This document shows, piece after piece, positions 14,116 through 26,910 of a DNA stretch of 64,000 nucleotides (position 1 is its first letter; each line of letters opens with the position of its first letter). The position numbers were made by a program, and so were the translations under genes. Source of the stretch: Trichoplax sp. H2 (taxonomy: Eukaryota); the NCBI GenBank assembly GCA_003344405.1, contig NOWV01000186.1, positions 1-64,000 on the forward strand. The letters run 5' to 3'. A model generated the notes under the pieces. The model did not search any database, was not told the origin of the DNA, and worked only from the letters and a program-made list of their open reading frames with translations.

Positions 14116-14697
14116 TTATAATATTGTACAAATCTTTTTACGATTTAACTTTGTCTCTTGATCGGGTGGATACAAAACGGCATTAATAGCTTCATCAAAG
14201 ACCTCTCTTAGCCCTTTTCGTGTCTTTGCAGAACATTCACAATACGCTACTGCGCCGATCTGGCTAGCTGTTCGACGACCTTTGTGAGTCATTACAATTG
14301 AATCCTTTTCCGTCTTTCTCTCTTCATTGATTTCATCCCGTACATCCGTCTTAGTACCCACTAATATAAATGGTACTGAAGGGCAATGCTGAGTAATTTC
14401 TCGTAGCCATTTTTCCGAGGCATTATGTAACGATATTGGATTAGTAACCGAGAAGCAAATCAAGAAAATATTGGTCTGAGGATAGGATAATGGCCGAAGT
14501 TGATCGTAATCTTCTTGTCCCGCTGTATCCCATAATCCTAATGTAATTTGCTTATCATCAACCAGCAAATTTGCTGTATAATTATCAAATACAGTAGGAA
14601 TATATTCTTCGGGAAATTTATTGGATGTATATGATATTAATAAAGAGGTCTTGCCAACGGCACCATCGCCCACTATTACACATTTAATTGACTGCAT
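14116..14697 (-). CDS. Divergent Rac-like Rho-family GTPase (193 aa, intronless CDS)
   Basis: [26 protein letters not shown], TKxD, ECSAK, polybasic tail and CAAX (RKKICTIL). A probable 5'-UTR splice acceptor (TTCTTTAG on minus) lies at ~14724. Confidence 0.95.
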   Translation of the reverse strand: MQSIKCVIVGDGAVGKTSLLISYTSNKFPEEYIPTVFDNYTANLLVDDKQITLGLWDTAGQEDYDQLRPLSYPQTNIFLICFSVTNPISLHNASEKWLREITQHCPSVPFILVGTKTDVRDEINEERKTEKDSIVMTHKGRRTASQIGAVAYCECSAKTRKGLREVFDEAINAVLYPPDQETKLNRKKICTIL

Positions 14698-17600
14698 AAA
14701 TTATCAACGATTTTTTTAATTGCCTAAAGAATAAATAGTACCATAAAGTAGAGTATGAATATACAAGGAATAATGAGAAAAATAGCTCATAATAAATATA
14801 AAAATATTAATTTACTACAGTAATATCTAATATTAAAGTCCAAATTATTTATAATTAATATTATCTTGATAAAATTTGTAGCTGTATGTCTATAAGGATT
14901 AATCTCTCGCATTGAAGTATATAAAAAATATCTTGCAATAAAATAAGAAAGTTTTTAAAATGGATTGGTAAATTGGCCTTGATAAAGAAAAAATTGAATA
15001 TATTACTTTGTCGTAAAAGTCGTACAAGGAATTACTCACTTTTACAAACTGAAAACTGTTATACTGACGAAAAATTATTTACACTACTACTAAATTATAT
15101 ATTTATTTTACTATAGAATACAATTATAGTCAAATTTTGGTGACAAATTATATGACGGTTTTATAGAATAAAATACATGTCAAGCAAGTCTTGCAATATA
15201 TTATATCTAACTTCAAATAAATCAAGGTTACTGCAAACTCTACTATAAGATAATCAAACATACTATTTACAGGAGACATTTCACCATAAAGTAAATCTAT
15301 TCTATTCAGTAGTGAATATGCTTTCAATTATTGAAACCTGAAACTAATAATAAATTCTGAAAGTGTACATAAAAAGCTGTGGAATTTTGGAATTAATTTC
15401 ACTAGAATTTTTATCACTTAGAGATCAAGCTTTAAATAAATTATATTATAGCAAAATAAATTTTTTTCAATTAATCTGTGTGCTTAGAGTTATATTACTA
15501 TAGAAAAATTAATTAAACTGTGATTAACTCATCCTTTGTAATATGATGACGTTCTATCCTGATTTCGAAATAATCTAAACTTATAGCAACCTATACTATA
15601 CTTGCCTGGATAAATAACAAAATGTTTCGAATGATCCTTTTGATCCTTTTTACTAAACGCAAGAATTTCCTGTATAATTTTCAGTCGTTTGAATATAATA
15701 CTCCCCGCTATGTAATAGAGTAAATTGGATGAGCGTTGCCTTTTAACTAACAGTAGGTCATAAATATCGATCACATCTACGTCGATAGAGTTCCCGTAAG
15801 AAACACCAGACCCTTTGCAACTCTGTAAATACGTGTATAAATGATGTAACGGTAGATAACGTCCTTGAAAATTTATAATTGTCCTTAATATATAAGCATT
15901 GTCGCCAAATAAAGTAGAGTAATTTTCAAAAATGGCAATGACAAAATCAATGCGAGACAGCTGTACAATATATAGCCAGGATAATAATGATTCATTTTCT
16001 ATTGCTGTTATTAAACAGTAATAATACCAAGAGTACAGTATTACGGATCTCTATAAAAGGATAGAGCTAATACCTGACTATTTAAATCAATTATTCCCAA
16101 CTAGGATACTTATCTAAACACAGTATATTTCCTAGGCGGGATTATATATACTGTATGTCATTATTCTTTCTATTATGGCCATGAATTTTTTTAATATAGG
16201 AACTCTATAAGCAAAGCACGATCTCTGTACTGTATAAGACTTTCTGATATACTGTACAAACTATATTGATCGAATATGGTATGATCTAGCATAGCAGTCA
16301 TTTAAAGGATATTTTCATTTATTAATGCAACTTTTATATGGAACCGTTATTCCGTAATAGGATCTTGTTAGATTAAGCTAGAGTACTTGTGATGACATTT
16401 TATTTGATCCATCTTCTCTTAATTATCATTGTCACCATAGCAATTTTGTTAGCTATCTTGAACCAGAAAGTGCAGGATATTCATCATCTGCATGTAAGAT
16501 TAGTCGAAGACCTAATTTTATACTACTAATACTACTACTACTTTCTCATGCGTATAAAATAGTTATAAGAGATAATAGTAGTTACCAACTGGCGATTGAT
16601 TTCCTATAGATTAATTACAGTAGTTCTCCATTATTTTGTCGTATACCTTCAATATTAACGTTATTTTTATTTCAAAGCTAGAAGAAAGATTTCCTCTTTC
16701 ATTCTCCTCCCTGCTCTCCTTTCAAAATGAAATAATTAAAGAAATAATCTTGTTGAATCAGTTTGATCTTAAGAAATGATAGAAAAATTTTATTAAAGCC
16801 TCACAGCAGAAATTAATCGGAAAAAGGATGTTTATGGCGGAAAGTAGAATTGTTTTACGTTACGACTTTATAAGTGTTACAGGAAATGAAATACCTTTAC
16901 TATATTTGATTTTAAATTGCGAAATAATAAAATATTCCTATTTCTTACATACAAGACCGTAGCTAGCTATAGTATACTCGTATGCCCATTATGCTGTTAA
17001 ACAGGCACAATTGCAAATTAATGGAGATACACCGTTAAGCGTAGCTTTGATTTGAAACGGTCAATTCACAAAGCCTTTTTAACTCAGAACTATGACGGAC
17101 TGTCATTATAACTTGTAAATATGAAATAACTGAAGCTACAGCATGTTCTAGGTATAGCCGATAGATTTACCTACGATCCGAAAATGTGCAATTTACAATA
17201 CTTTAAGTGTACCTATTCACGATATAGTGAGTGAACTATTATGGCTATAGCAGCTGATTTACTCTACCTGGAATGGTGTATGAATGCAACTAGTTATGAA
17301 TAAAAGCTCCTTTCTAGCCATCAATACCCTAAGGCATTTAATTCTATAGCTTGATTACGAAGGTCGGTCTTAAGCAACACTGTTAAACACATCTGTCATA
17401 TCAGATTACAACAAAGGTTTCTTAATGATATCAAGGATATTAATTATCAGATAGTTCAACAGTGGCCTGACCGTAATCATTTAACTATAGAACTTTCAGG
17501 ATAAATTAAACTTTACGCTTTTCGAGGGGTATCATTTGATAGGATTCCTTATAGAATAATAAGTAAATTAGGATCAACCTCCTATTCAACAATTTTTAAT

Positions 17601-19257
17601 TCTTGATATTACTCTTAATGAGTACCAATGTGTTGTTAATGTCAGCAGTGAATGATATGAATCTATTTGCATCTAATCGATTGGATGTAAATGTAACAAA
17701 GAATTCCGTATTGGGCTATTAAGCACGGTAATTGTAATTAGTTTATGCCATATCTCTCAGTTTTGCCATATCGAATATTAATTATAAGAGATCAGCTGTA
17801 TAATGGTTATTATCTAAAACAAATATAGTTACCTCGTCCATAACGAACACGAAGAACTGAATCATGTAAGCATCAAATACCGTATCCGATTAAATAAAAA
17901 GCAGCTATCCAAGTTCTAATACTCGCATATCTCCCTATATTGAAATTATTTTACCTCGTAGGTGGCGGATACTGAAAGCGATTGCAGCACTATTCAAAAC
18001 AAAGTGAATCTAATTTAGTATCTACATATACGCAATGTTCCATTCTAAACCTAGATATCTTATTTCAATATTTCACAATAATAAATCATGGCAGATATTA
18101 TAATAGTCCAGTGTATTTGCAAGTAACGAATGAAAGACATTGAATAGTTTGTCACCTTTCCAACATAACTGATTCTCTATATACTTTTATAATACCATAA
18201 AGTGGATAAACTACGGTATTTGTTGCTGCTTACACAAAGATAGGATACGATTTTGAGGAAAATTTAAAGAAAATAAACAATCTTTATTATTGTTATTATT
18301 TGCATCGATATTTTAGTTTGTACATCCAACTATCCCATTGCGGTTTCTAATCCTTTTAGCTCAGCGTAATGCTTCTCTAATATAGATTGAGCTCTCATTG
18401 TAGATTTAGTCGATTAATTATTGATGAACTCTTAAAAATTAAAATTATTATTATTAGTGATGATTGATATCTCCCGCTATTCAATCAAATGGTTCAAACG
18501 ATTATGTAATACCATGATAATCATTTTTGATTTGATGCTCAGCCCTTTCCGATTTACTATTATGCCTATTAGCGAGAGTATCGCATTATTCGAGTTCTAA
18601 GGTTCAAAACTTAATTACTAAATTATCCGATAGTCTATTATACTTATGAATGATCAGGCTAAATGTTTATGCGCCAATTCACAGTAGCCTTACGTATTAC
18701 TATTATCAGCTAGCTCGTCAATATTCTTTACCGTCTTCTAGTCTAAAGCACGTATGGATAGTCATGCGATCTGCGTATATCCAGAGCAACTTTAGATGTA
18801 GCTGCCATTAGCCAACTTGTCCAGGTTGTTAGTCATATTCATCCTACAGTATATCGCTAGGCTCTGCCATCCAATTTATTATACTCGTATGTACGGTATC
18901 TTAATAAAAATAATAGAATAAAAATCATGAAAGGCTTGAGATCCAAGTGAACATGTTTACTATGGACACACTGTATAGAAATTACGTAAACTGCTTACGT
19001 TATCCATTATTTGATGTTGATGCCGATTACACACTCCAAGGTGTCTTTCACTGGAAATAATTCGTTAACGTGTAGTAGTCGATACTTTGCTTTCAGCTGG
19101 CTTGTAATAGCTGGATCCAAGTAAGAAAAGTAACTTGTCTATACCATTTTATGCTAATTCTTTCCCATTCTATCCTTGCAGTAGGCTCTGCTAAAATTCA
19201 TTGAACAAACATTAACTAATAATTTTTTATCGGCAGCGCTGTTTATCTATTTTTAAA

Positions 19258-19418
19258 AGGCTAATGACTAAATTGAAGTTATCGATAGTAAGTTATAATT
19301 ATGTTAATGAGTACCGGTATACTATAGTATAACAACCGCCAAATCGAGATCTCTCTCCAGCAGATTATATGCTATTGACTAAATTGAAGCTATCGACAGT
19401 AAATTATAATTATGTTAA
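19258..19418. repeat. Direct repeat of ~50 bp (19258-19308 and 19369-19418)
   Basis: GCTA(A/T)TGACTAAATTGAAG(T/C)TATCGA(T/C)AGTAA(G/A)TTATAATTATGTTAA occurs twice. Confidence 0.85.
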
Positions 19419-19748
19419 CCTTTTAAAAACTCCAGACAAAACATACTGTAAGCACCCCTAGGAAAGATGGATATTCTTAACTGAAATTAGGACTCTATGT
19501 AAAAAATGAAAGAGAGAGGAAATCAACTTCTCGTTTTCCGTCTGTCATATCTTGATCGTTTCCGTTCATTAAAAAACTCTAGATAAAACATACTGTAAGT
19601 ACCCCTAAGAAAGATGGATATTCTTAACTGAAATTAGGACTCAATGTAAAAAATGGACGAGAGAAGAAATCAATTTCTCGTTTTCCGTCTGCCATATTTT
19701 GATCGTTTTCTGTCCATTAATGTCTGGAGTTTTTGAACTCTTAAAGGT
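19418..19748. mobile_element. MITE-like element with terminal inverted repeats and an internal ~147-bp tandem duplication
   Basis: AAAAACTCCAGACA (19425-19438) is the exact reverse complement of TGTCTGGAGTTTTT (19721-19734), with outer ACCTTT/AAAGGT. 19425-19561 recurs at 19572-19708. No real ORF. Confidence 0.55.
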
Positions 19749-19760
19749 CATTGACGTTGG

Positions 19761-20199
19761 ATTGTAGCATGAGCGATACAGTACTGTATACTGCGTAGTA
19801 CTGTATGAAACATATAATACGTCTAGTGCCATCGTGCTACTTTGACTCTACTGTAGCATACAGTAGCTGCTGGCCTAGTATATGGTAGTGTAGACGACAG
19901 CTTTGTTGTATACTACTGGAGCAGGAGACGGAGTATGGCAATCCGAAAATGTCGCTTCCGGGTTCTTTTGCTTTGCATCGATTGTAGAATGAGCGATACA
20001 GTACTGTATACTGCGTAGTACTGTATGAAACATATAATACGTCAAGTGCCATCGTGCTACTTTGACTCTACTGTAGCATACAGTAGCTGCTGGCCTAGTA
20101 TATGGTAGTGTACACGACAGCTTTGTTGTATACTATTGGAGCAGGAGACGGAGTATGGCAATCCTAAAATGTCGCTTCCGGGTTCTTTTGCTTTGCATC
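19761..20199. repeat. Near-perfect 220-bp tandem duplication
   Basis: 19761-19979 recurs at 19981-20199 with only a few substitutions. Each unit carries TACAGTACTGTA and AAAATGTCGCTTCCGGG. Confidence 0.95.
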
Positions 20200-20639
20200 T
20201 TCAAGCTTAGAATCAATCCTTTTAGTGGACTGTGCCCAGGTCGTTTACAGGAATAACTGATACTGTATACTGTATAGATCAGTTAATCCTTACAGCACAA
20301 TCAGTTACTGGTGGTAGAATTAAAATTCAAGCTGCTGCACAAATTGTATTAGTGTATCGCCACCATCCTGTCATTAAAGTACTGTAAGCACTGAAAACGA
20401 AACAAACAGTTGGAGGAAGAAGCATTGCGCAGCGCTAGATTGACTCTAGCTTAACTTTTTCTTACTCAATCTCAGCTGGCTTCTATTCAGATTGTTGATT
20501 GATAAACTACTGTATACAACCATGCTGATTAATTATTAAATAAAACATTGATATCATTTCATAAAGAAAAAGAGTCATGCTCTATGATTCATTGGCAAAC
20601 AAATACTTTCATTTCAACTTTCCAAGTGAATACTGGTAG

Positions 20640-20679
20640 TGTACATTAGAGACCCTTAGAGAAGGGTCTCTAGTGTACA
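20640..20679. repeat. 18-bp inverted repeat with a 4-nt loop
   Basis: TGTACATTAGAGACCCTT-AGAG-AAGGGTCTCTAGTGTACA, one mismatch. Confidence 0.85.
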
Positions 20680-22751
20680 TGTACTTTGTATTAAATACCC
20701 TAATAGCCGTAATCATAGTTAAGCCATCATAAAATCAACTCCAGTAAGCCTATCATTAATTCTACACGACGCCTACGAGGTTGACAAATTTTCATAGGTG
20801 TAGGTAGGATGGTCGGTTGTTGCAAGGAAAGTGTGTACTACTACAGTAAGACGACTATATACTACACGAGTAAACTGATGATGACTACATTTTTGGACTA
20901 GAATAATCACTGTTCTAGATGAGAGTAGTGTATATTGTTTATAATCTATCGTTTACTCCTCTTGAACAGATTATTTACAATAAATGTAAATATGAGTTAT
21001 CAGATGGCATATGAAATGATGCTTTAAAATACGTGGTAACATTGTTAATGCACAATGTATACGTCGTATTTACATCTGAGAAAAAAAGAAATTAGAGCAA
21101 GTTTATAATTTAAAAGGACCTGTAGTCAGTGGATAAGTGCTAATCAAGAAGATGGTGGACAACGTTGCAGCAAATCTGAGCGTACTTTGCTTGGCGTACA
21201 TCCGTTGATTTTCGATTCTGCAATGGCTACAGTTTCGGACCATACAACTAGTAACATGCTAAACGTTTTGAAAGAATATTAGTACATTATACCGTAGATT
21301 GATATGCATATGCATCTACAGAATAATCTCTTTTGCAAAGATGCTGCAACGGGATGCGAGTACGCTGTGTGCATCCTACTACTATACAGTACACTCTCAA
21401 TCTAAAATTCATTCTTCTATGAGATTAAAATAATTTCATTTCTCTCAGTGCTTCAACTAATAACACTGACATTCATATTGGATCGAGAGTATTTTAAATC
21501 TTGTAATCTCTTCCAAATCGATGTAATTCATCATGGCCTAATTCTTAGCCAATGGATTAACATTCATGAAATACTAGCATAATTGTTTACAAATTGCAAT
21601 GCTTTCGAGCCTAAGACCATGGGTGAAAGTGAACTAAGCCAACATAGACTACAATGGTATCATATTGCAACGGAAATCAACATTTTTTTATTTTTACCAG
21701 TTGAACTAATGATACAACATCAGCTAAGTTTAGCTTATATATCACGCTGCGATAAGTAGTCTTGTCGCTGTAAACAGTTGATCCTCTAAACAGGTAGTAA
21801 AGTATTAATTAATGACGTTATAAAATATTATTCTCAGTTCCGAGCAAGCCTACGACAGATTCGCCGAATAGAAAGCTCGCCATCTCTATCAACTCACACA
21901 ATGACTTTGGTTAGAACTAGACAGGATAAGGACAACCAGATTGGAAACAGTTATCAGGCGTATTGCACTTTTACTATGTCACACCGTCGGCGATGCCACT
22001 GTTAAGAGAGTGATAACAAGAAAATCGATATATACTTTGGTAGCCGTCTTCAAAAGACCAAAAAGGTTTAGTATCAGATTTAAGGTGAAATCCTCTCAAT
22101 CTTGTAATGTACGTATATCATAGTATTATTGTTATTCAAAGATGAGCTGTTAAGAGTGCGTTAAGATCACAACCTAGCTATGACAATCACTGGCTTAATG
22201 TAGTTACAAATTACTGAATGAAGATATAGTTATTAGTCTAGAACAAAAACATAGTGCTAATTAGCTACAATATCCTTCCGTTTGACAATCGTAAGGATGC
22301 AGTTACTGTCGAATGAATGCAAACCCAGTGGAAAACTCACAACGGTTATGATAACTACGTTATACATGATCAAGGTCAAATGTATAAATACAGTAAGGTT
22401 TAGCTTTTACCAATAGCAACTTCACAATTACAGTATTCAATAGATCTAATTTACAGTAAAACGGTCTATAATATGGTGATACCTGCCAATATTGCCATCG
22501 CGTTTTTAAAACAAATGTGGTTATACTGTGTCTGTACATTTGAAGCATTAATGTAAATATAAAATTGGACGTGTAAAAATGAAACAAGGTCGATTCTACG
22601 CGACCGAGCGATCATGATCATACGCACTACAATAGGAGAAATAATAGTTTGTTAGCTAGCACTATCTCAGTAGAGTGTGGTAGCCAGTGTGAATATCGAA
22701 TCCATGCTTGTTTCGACGACATTGAATTAAGGTGGATGTTATACATATTGG

Positions 22752-23345
22752 TTATAGAAGTAGGCAATGTTTCTTATTTCTATCTTTTTTGGGCTTTGAC
22801 ACGGCAGGCGGACACAGTACAACACGAATGGCTTCATCGAATACAGCTTTTAACCCTTTCTGCGATAAAGCTGAACATTCTAAATATTTAACCGCATTGA
22901 TATCTTTGCTCATTTTAAGACCGTCTGCAAAGGGTATAGGAGCCATGTTTTTCTCTTTTAATTTATTGATCGTTTCTCGATCATCGCGAAGATCTAACTT
23001 GGTGCCAACCAAAATGAGTGGCGTATCCGGACAGTAATGGGATACTTCTCCGTGCCATTTAGCACGTACATTCTCGAACGATGTCGGACTGACCAAGGAA
23101 AAGCAAATTAAAAATACATCGGTTTGAGGGTAAGACAGTGGTCTTAAGCGATCATAATCTTCCTGGCCAGCAGTATCCCATAGACCTAGCGTTACATACT
23201 GGCCATCGACCATCACATTGGCCGAATAATTATCAAAGACGGTAGGGATGTACTCGCCAGGAAAGGCGTTGGTAGTGTATGAGATCAATAAGCATGTTTT
23301 ACCGACAGCACCATCACCAACCACTACGCACTTGATATCCCGCAT
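22752..23345 (-). CDS. Rac1: Rac1-like small GTPase (197 aa from the first ATG, intronless CDS)
   Basis: Very close to Rac1: [77 protein letters not shown]-terminal CLLL. The ORF-track start at 23375 is a non-ATG codon. Confidence 0.96.
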   Translation of the reverse strand: MRDIKCVVVGDGAVGKTCLLISYTTNAFPGEYIPTVFDNYSANVMVDGQYVTLGLWDTAGQEDYDRLRPLSYPQTDVFLICFSLVSPTSFENVRAKWHGEVSHYCPDTPLILVGTKLDLRDDRETINKLKEKNMAPIPFADGLKMSKDINAVKYLECSALSQKGLKAVFDEAIRVVLCPPAVSKPKKDRNKKHCLLL

Positions 23346-25155
23346 ATTGTTGTTGTTATCTTTTCTTTTATTCAATCCAAGATCAATTCTCTAATTTAGA
23401 AATAATATCACTACTTACCGGAAATCCATCATGGCGAGATTGGATCGTATCGGGGGCATAGCATGAATGGAGGTTATATAAAAAAAAAAAATTCATTGCA
23501 TTAATTCAATTCATCATCATGCCGACGACTTGCAATGATTCTAACTTATAATTGAGCTGATTGGCAGGAAGTACTGTATAACAACTTTTAGTTTAACATG
23601 ATAGCGGCGTCAATTTAAATCAATCAAGGCTAGACGCGTCCATCATCCATCCATAGACTACTAAATTGCATTTCAGCATTGTCTTTTCTACGATTTAACG
23701 CAATGGACGATCGATCTATTATAAGCGATCGTCTTGATCCACTGCATGGAACCTGTCTGATACAACTTCCATCAACGTCTACGCTGTTGTAATACTAAAT
23801 GCGTTTGTATATTGATTGCAGCCCTATCATGGCTAGAGACGGCAATGGCAAAATCCAACCATGACGTTGGTTAGCAACAATCAGCGCGCAACATCGACCG
23901 ATACAGTAGACAAAATGGTACAACTGATGACATACACTATTCCATCAGTATACATCATGCGATCACTGGATCCATGGGTAATTATCCTATCGATCGATCT
24001 TACCTAGAATGGTGGAATTGCAATAGGACTAATGAATTCTAGCTCTAAGTTGATCAATCCTGCTCTTGATCCTGCTCTTGACGATAGCTTGACAGTCTTC
24101 AGCCGCTTGGAAAATCAATCTGACTCCAAGTCAAGCTAGCACGCGGAAACGCACAGACTTGACTCGATTGTAATTAATGATTTAGACTGTAACCATCGTT
24201 TTACCCGTTAAAAAAGCAAGGCTCGGTCTCTTTTGTTTTCACCCTTTTGACATGGACACGGTGGAAGCCTAAGAGGGTAAGTACTCATACTGTCGGATAG
24301 GCAATAGGCACTGGTAGTAAGATGATTTTGGGGGCTTGTCCAGTAGTAAGATACTGGAGCCACCAAGGGTGACGAAGGGGGTAGCGAGTAGCCCCTCAGG
24401 GCGTTGCCGGTTCAGTTCACAATCAAGGCGTCGTTGGAGTTTCTTTTGACAATCTGTAACCGGTATCGGTTATCTTGTGTACACTGATTGACTGCTGTCA
24501 CAAGTACTGTATGCGATAGAATCAACCCTATCGTACAGTACCAATGGACGTACTGTACACTGTACACTGTACACTACTGTACTGTACAGTGTACAGTCGT
24601 TGGCATTGTTGACTAGCCTCCTCCCTTGACTGTAGCCGGCCATCAGTCACTCGCTCAGTCAGTACGTGATGATCAATATCATTCTTATGAAATCAATCAC
24701 CATTGATTGCGACCTTCCAACAATGATTCACGTGATCCTACAGTGCACTACGATACGTACTGTACAAACAGAGTCTCAAGCAAAGAAAGCGATTTTGACC
24801 AAGTTAAAGCCAGGACCGATTTTGCCCTTTAATCCAACACATTGTACTACACTGTACAAGACTGGTATGACGGTGCGACTTGTAAAATGGTTTGTGTTAC
24901 AAACTAGAAAAAAATAAAATTATTCAATACTGCCACGAAAAGGAACCAAAATATCAAGAGCCAATGGCTCAAGGTTGTACTGATTTGTCTGCATGGAATT
25001 GGAGCCAAATTGAAAGTACATTTATTCAAGATTGAATGGCATGCATTGAGGGCAACGCTGAACATCTTTCAACCATTTTACAGTAGAGGGCTTGCCACGC
25101 CCCTGTCATGATTGTACTGTACACTGTAAAATACTGCACGTCCGTAAATGGAAGG

Positions 25156-25234
25156 TGACTCATTCTTGAGTCATCACCCCTTGTCTTGTATTAGGATGAC
25201 TCTACTCGGCGATTATGATACCGGTCGTGACTCA
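25156..25234. promoter_or_regulatory. Cluster of AP-1 (TGA[C/G]TCA) sites
   Basis: Perfect sites at 25156-25162, 25167-25173 and 25228-25234, plus near-match TGACTCT at 25197-25203. Confidence 0.5.
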
Positions 25235-25435
25235 TCAATTCTCTTGAAATCCACATTTAAATCCACTTTCAACTTGCCCACTCAGCATGGCTCGAAAGAA
25301 TATTAATAGCGTATATTACTCAAGTCAAGGTGAAATGGATCGTACAAAGTTGCTCTTTAAATTACTGCTGTCAATTGATTTCAACTTTGTTAACTTCAAG
25401 TTAAAATCCTTTCCGCTCAACCCTCTGTTGTTACA

Positions 25436-25520
25436 CTGAGTGTACAGTGTACAGTCTGTAGTCTGTACACTGTGTACAGTCTGTAGTCTGTACACTGTGT
25501 ACAGAGTTATAGTCTGTACG
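25436..25520. repeat. 25-bp tandem repeat made of TACAG/CTGTA words
   Basis: GTGTACAGTCTGTAGTCTGTACACT occurs twice, followed by a degenerate third copy. Confidence 0.85.
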
Positions 25521-26019
25521 TCCATGCGTCTGCTCGACGACAGACGGAGAGAGAGAGCGGAAAACATGAAATGAGTTCCGTAACATCGTTGATATTTTAA
25601 TTTGTTGATCAATTCCTATCCTCAAAATTGGTGATGGCTAGCAATTGACAGACAATGTCCACCATAGGCTATCATGGTGGATTTCATAATGCCAGTAATT
25701 CTAGTCCATACTGCCAGGGATACTGTCATTTACAACATCCAGCTGTACCCATACGATAGCTTTCAAAACGGGATAAATGTGCAACTTGATAATTCTGTAT
25801 TTTAGCACAACTCTACTTTAACTCATTGGCGACATCAAAGATAAACTGTACACTACACTGACTACAGACTTCATAAAGACATTCATTTTCGATAAAGTTT
25901 ATTCCGTCAATAAATAAGACTGAACTCAAAGGGTATATATTTTTAGAGTATAACTCTTTTACCGATACAAGATGCCGCTTTAGGGTCATATGCGTACTGC
26001 ATTAACAATTTCATAAACA

Positions 26020-26910
26020 AGTCATGTTGTAGACTAAAGGCTTGTGCCAATGACCATAAGCAAGGCCTAGCCGTCATATTTATATCGTCTCTATCATTAA
26101 ATCATACGTGATCAAAAAGCAATGCAATATGACCCTCTACAGTAGCACTTTTATACTGTACTTTCAGTACTCGTAAATGTGCAAACTGTAGATTAAAGGC
26201 AATTGCCAGTGTGCGATCAAAAAGCAATGCAAAAATGACCCTCTATAGTAGCACTTTTAAAAGTAATGTATTTCCAATACTCGTCAATATGCAGACTGTA
26301 GGTAGATTCAAGTCTTGTGCCAATATGCAATCAAAAGCAACGCAAAATGACCCTCTGTAGTAGTGCTTTTAAAAGTAATGTGTTTCCAATACTCGTCAAT
26401 ATGAAGACTGTAGGTAAATTCAAGCCTTGCGCCAATATACGACCAAAAGCAATACAAAATGACCCTCTGTAGTAGTAGCACTTTTAAAAGTAATGTATTT
26501 CCAATACTAGTCAATATGCAGACTGTAGGTAGATTCAAGCCTTGTGCCAATATACGACCAAAAGCAATGCAAAATGACCCTCTGTAGTAGCACTTTTAAA
26601 AGTAATGTATTTCCGATACTCGTCAATATGCAGACTGTAGGTAGATTCAAGCCTTGTGCCGATACGCGACCAAAAGCAATGCAAATTGACCCTCTACAGT
26701 AGCACTCTCGCAAGGTACTTGCAGTCCTCGCAATGTGCAAATGGAGATTAAAGATAAAGGCTTGTACCAATATGGATGCATTCGATTTCGATATACCGTA
26801 CGAGTATACAGTAAAGGCGATTAAAACGTAATACAAAATCATCCTGTACAGACTTTACGCTTAGTAACACTCTTGTACAGTACTTTCAGTACTTGTAAAT
26901 GTGCAAACAC
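26020..26910. repeat. ~112-bp minisatellite (about 6-8 units) upstream of SLR gene 1
   Basis: The anchor TGACCCTCT recurs at about 26130, 26236, 26348, 26460, 26575 and 26687. Central units are nearly identical and flanking units are degenerate. Confidence 0.93.

Noticed and set aside
19641-20052. Two ORFs with the same N-terminus (MALDVLYVSY...)
   Set aside because: A by-product of the 220-bp duplication, with no protein-family features.
22649-23037. Plus-strand ORFs over Rac1
   Set aside because: Antisense shadows of the Rac1 CDS.
25670-26010. Coding-looking stretch (MVDFIMPVILVHTARD...)
   Set aside because: Short, broken by stops, with no recognisable domain or consistent splice pattern.
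26308-26842. ORFs of 80 and 111 aa, and a possible CRISPR-like array
   Set aside because: They derive from the 112-bp tandem repeat. There are no spacers or cas genes and the context is eukaryotic.
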